From a virus (taxonomy: Duplodnaviria > Caudoviricetes), in the IMG/VR virus record IMGVR_UViG_3300050120_000237, positions 1,836 through 65,835 of that record: 64,000 bases of DNA. The stretch is one strand, 5' to 3'. A program made the position numbers and the translations under genes. Within the stretch, counting starts at the first letter, position 1; each line of letters starts with the position of its first letter. The notes beneath the pieces were generated by a model. The model searched no databases and was not told the DNA's origin. It worked only from the letters and a program-made list of their open reading frames with translations. Below are positions 62,244-64,000 of the stretch, in pieces.

Positions 62244-62692
62244 TATTCGATAACCGACGCGCCAATCTTGCCGGTGACAGCGGCAGAACCGCCGACCACA
62301 CCCACCGAAACACGCCAAGTGCGCGGCAGCGGGGAATTTGCCGACAGGTTGGTGGTGACCGCAGCAGCCGGGTAAACCACCAGCGGGGTGGTGCCGACGC
62401 CGGTCAGGCCGGCCGAAGCCAGCAGCGTGTAATACTTGCCGGACACCGCGTCCTTGCCCTGAATGGTCACGGTGACCGTGGCGGTGGTGACCGTGGTCAG
62501 GTCCACCACGACCACAACGCCGCGCCCGGTGCAGTTGATCTGGTCTGCCGAATTGAGCGTGGCCGCACCCTGCGCGGTCATGGTCAGCAGGCCGAGGTCG
62601 CGGTTCTGGATTTCGCAGTTCTGCGCTGCGGCCGGCGTGGCAATGAACAGCGCCAGCAGGGCCAGAAGCGGTGCGGCTTTCATCAGGCGCAT
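62243..62692 (-). CDS. Signal-peptide-bearing beta-rich protein in head module
   Basis: MRLMKAAPLLALLALFIATPAAA-Q; VTIQGKD..SG.YY.LL, PLPRTWRV. Confidence 0.65.
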   Translation of the reverse strand: MRLMKAAPLLALLALFIATPAAAQNCEIQNRDLGLLTMTAQGAATLNSADQINCTGRGVVVVVDLTTVTTATVTVTIQGKDAVSGKYYTLLASAGLTGVGTTPLVVYPAAAVTTNLSANSPLPRTWRVSVGVVGGSAAVTGKIGASVIE

Positions 62693-62702
62693 GGGAAACT
62701 CC

Positions 62703-63740
62703 CTAAAGGTGAATGACGGGCCCGCGTGCGGGCAGCTTGTAAAGCGGCGGGCGAACCGCGCCGGTAAAGGGGTTGGCGGTGACGCGGGACAGGTCGGTTT
62801 CGTACCGCTCAGAACACCGGCAATTGGTGTGCGCCAGCGGGGCCATGATAAGGCCCCCGAGGCTCTTGTATGGCGTCAACACACCCACGCCCTTGCTGTT
62901 CAGCAGCGGGATGGATGCGCAAATCGGGCACAGGCGTTCGTCAAATTCCACCAGCCAGAACCGCTTGACCTCGCTGTCAAGCAGGCGACCGCTGGAAACG
63001 GCCTGCGTGTAAGCATCGCGGATCCCACCGACGGAAGCCTGCATGCTTTCGTTGCTGGCGATGGTCTGGGCCCGGGCCGCAAGCGACCGCGTGGCATACC
63101 GTTCCACCATCGCATCCACCTTGGCCGGGTCCACCGGGGCACCCTGCAACCAGCTTTCCACGGTGGCGTCGTACCGTTTGTCGCGCAGCGCGCGGCGCAG
63201 GGCGTCGCGGTTGCCGTTTTCCAGCAGGCTGCGGAAGTTGGTCACCGCCTTGGCCTGCCGTGGTGTCAGCGAAATGACGCCGCGCAGCGCGTTGGCCACT
63301 TCCTCAACATTGGTGCCGGCCCGCGCCGCGGCGACCAGTTGGTCAGACACGACCTGCGACGACTGGCCAAGAATGCTGCCAATGAAATTCTGCTGGGCAC
63401 CGGCAAGCTGCCTGGCTGCAAACAGCGGGTCGTAAACCACCAGCCCGCCGAACTTGGTTTCCGCTTCGGCCTCTGCGGCTTCGACGAACGTGTCGGCAAT
63501 CGGCTGATACCCAGACTTGAGGGCGTCCACCACATGCGGGCTGGCCAGCACGTCGCTGATGGCGGACACGTCGGCGCGCTGAATGGCCACTGTCAGGTCG
63601 TGATAGTCCACCGCGTCGCCCATGCGGCGAAGGGCTGCCAGAACACCAGCGGCGATTTTCTGTTCGCGCTTGCGGGCCAGCACCACCGCCGCATCGTCCG
63701 GCGATTGGAAGTCGTTCACCGACAGCAGCAGCTTGGGCAT
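62703..63740 (-). CDS. Head morphogenesis protein (MuF / SPP1 gp7-like)
   Basis: RAQTIA.NE, KRFW...DERLCPIC, P.AH.NCRC. Confidence 0.85.
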   Translation of the reverse strand: MPKLLLSVNDFQSPDDAAVVLARKREQKIAAGVLAALRRMGDAVDYHDLTVAIQRADVSAISDVLASPHVVDALKSGYQPIADTFVEAAEAEAETKFGGLVVYDPLFAARQLAGAQQNFIGSILGQSSQVVSDQLVAAARAGTNVEEVANALRGVISLTPRQAKAVTNFRSLLENGNRDALRRALRDKRYDATVESWLQGAPVDPAKVDAMVERYATRSLAARAQTIASNESMQASVGGIRDAYTQAVSSGRLLDSEVKRFWLVEFDERLCPICASIPLLNSKGVGVLTPYKSLGGLIMAPLAHTNCRCSERYETDLSRVTANPFTGAVRPPLYKLPARGPVIHL

Positions 63741-64000
63741 TAAAACCTGCGCTTTGGCTTGCCCTTGTTGGCCAGTTCCGGGCGGTAGTTGTGTTTGATG
63801 AGGCGGCGCGTGATGGCGCCGGCAATCATTTTCTTGACGTCAGGTGCGCCGTCTTCCCCGCCGGTCGGCTGGTTGGACTTCGTGGCGTCGTCCGCATCGT
63901 CCTGCGCGGTGTAAGCCGCCAGCAGCGCTTCGGCGTTTTCGTCCGCCACGTCGGGCAGGCCCGCCACATCGCGCAAATACTGGTCGGTGTCAGGGTCGGG
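63740..64000 (-). CDS. Portal protein C-terminus (partial)
   Basis: YLRDVAGLP motif; precedes MuF gene; open to window end. Confidence 0.7.
   Translation of the reverse strand, partial: PDPDTDQYLRDVAGLPDVADENAEALLAAYTAQDDADDATKSNQPTGGEDGAPDVKKMIAGAITRRLIKHNYRPELANKGKPKRRF

Overview
The window is a GC-rich, near-complete genome of a tailed siphovirus-type phage, most likely infecting an alphaproteobacterium (GcrA-, GapR- and MucR-like genes, RcGTA-type tail tip DUF2460/DUF2163/NlpC). It starts inside terL and ends inside the probable portal gene, both on the minus strand, so the two ends probably join across a short missing segment. Layout: (i) minus-strand arm 26.1 kb to 1: DNA-binding genes, RuvC, several DNA-modification genes, a DUF1376 replication initiator with internal DnaA boxes, about 40 small accessory ORFs, a NusG paralogue, terS and terL; (ii) plus-strand early arm 26.2-39.2 kb: YqaJ/RecT, Rad50-like ATPase, DEDDh exonuclease, HerA-like ATPase, DUF5131, HNHs and cspA; (iii) minus-strand head, tail and lysis arm 64.0 to 39.1 kb. 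I saw no integrase, DNA polymerase, CRISPR array or rRNA. The most notable signals are a set of stand-alone truncated or catalytically altered domains (MucR oligomerisation domain only, GcrA DNA-binding domain only, a GTA-type terminase nuclease domain lacking its acidic residues, an internally deleted C5-methyltransferase), an 82-nt tRNA-like cloverleaf lying in frame inside the HerA-like gene, and a recurring palindromic operator. All family calls come from motif recognition by eye, and start codons were picked manually.
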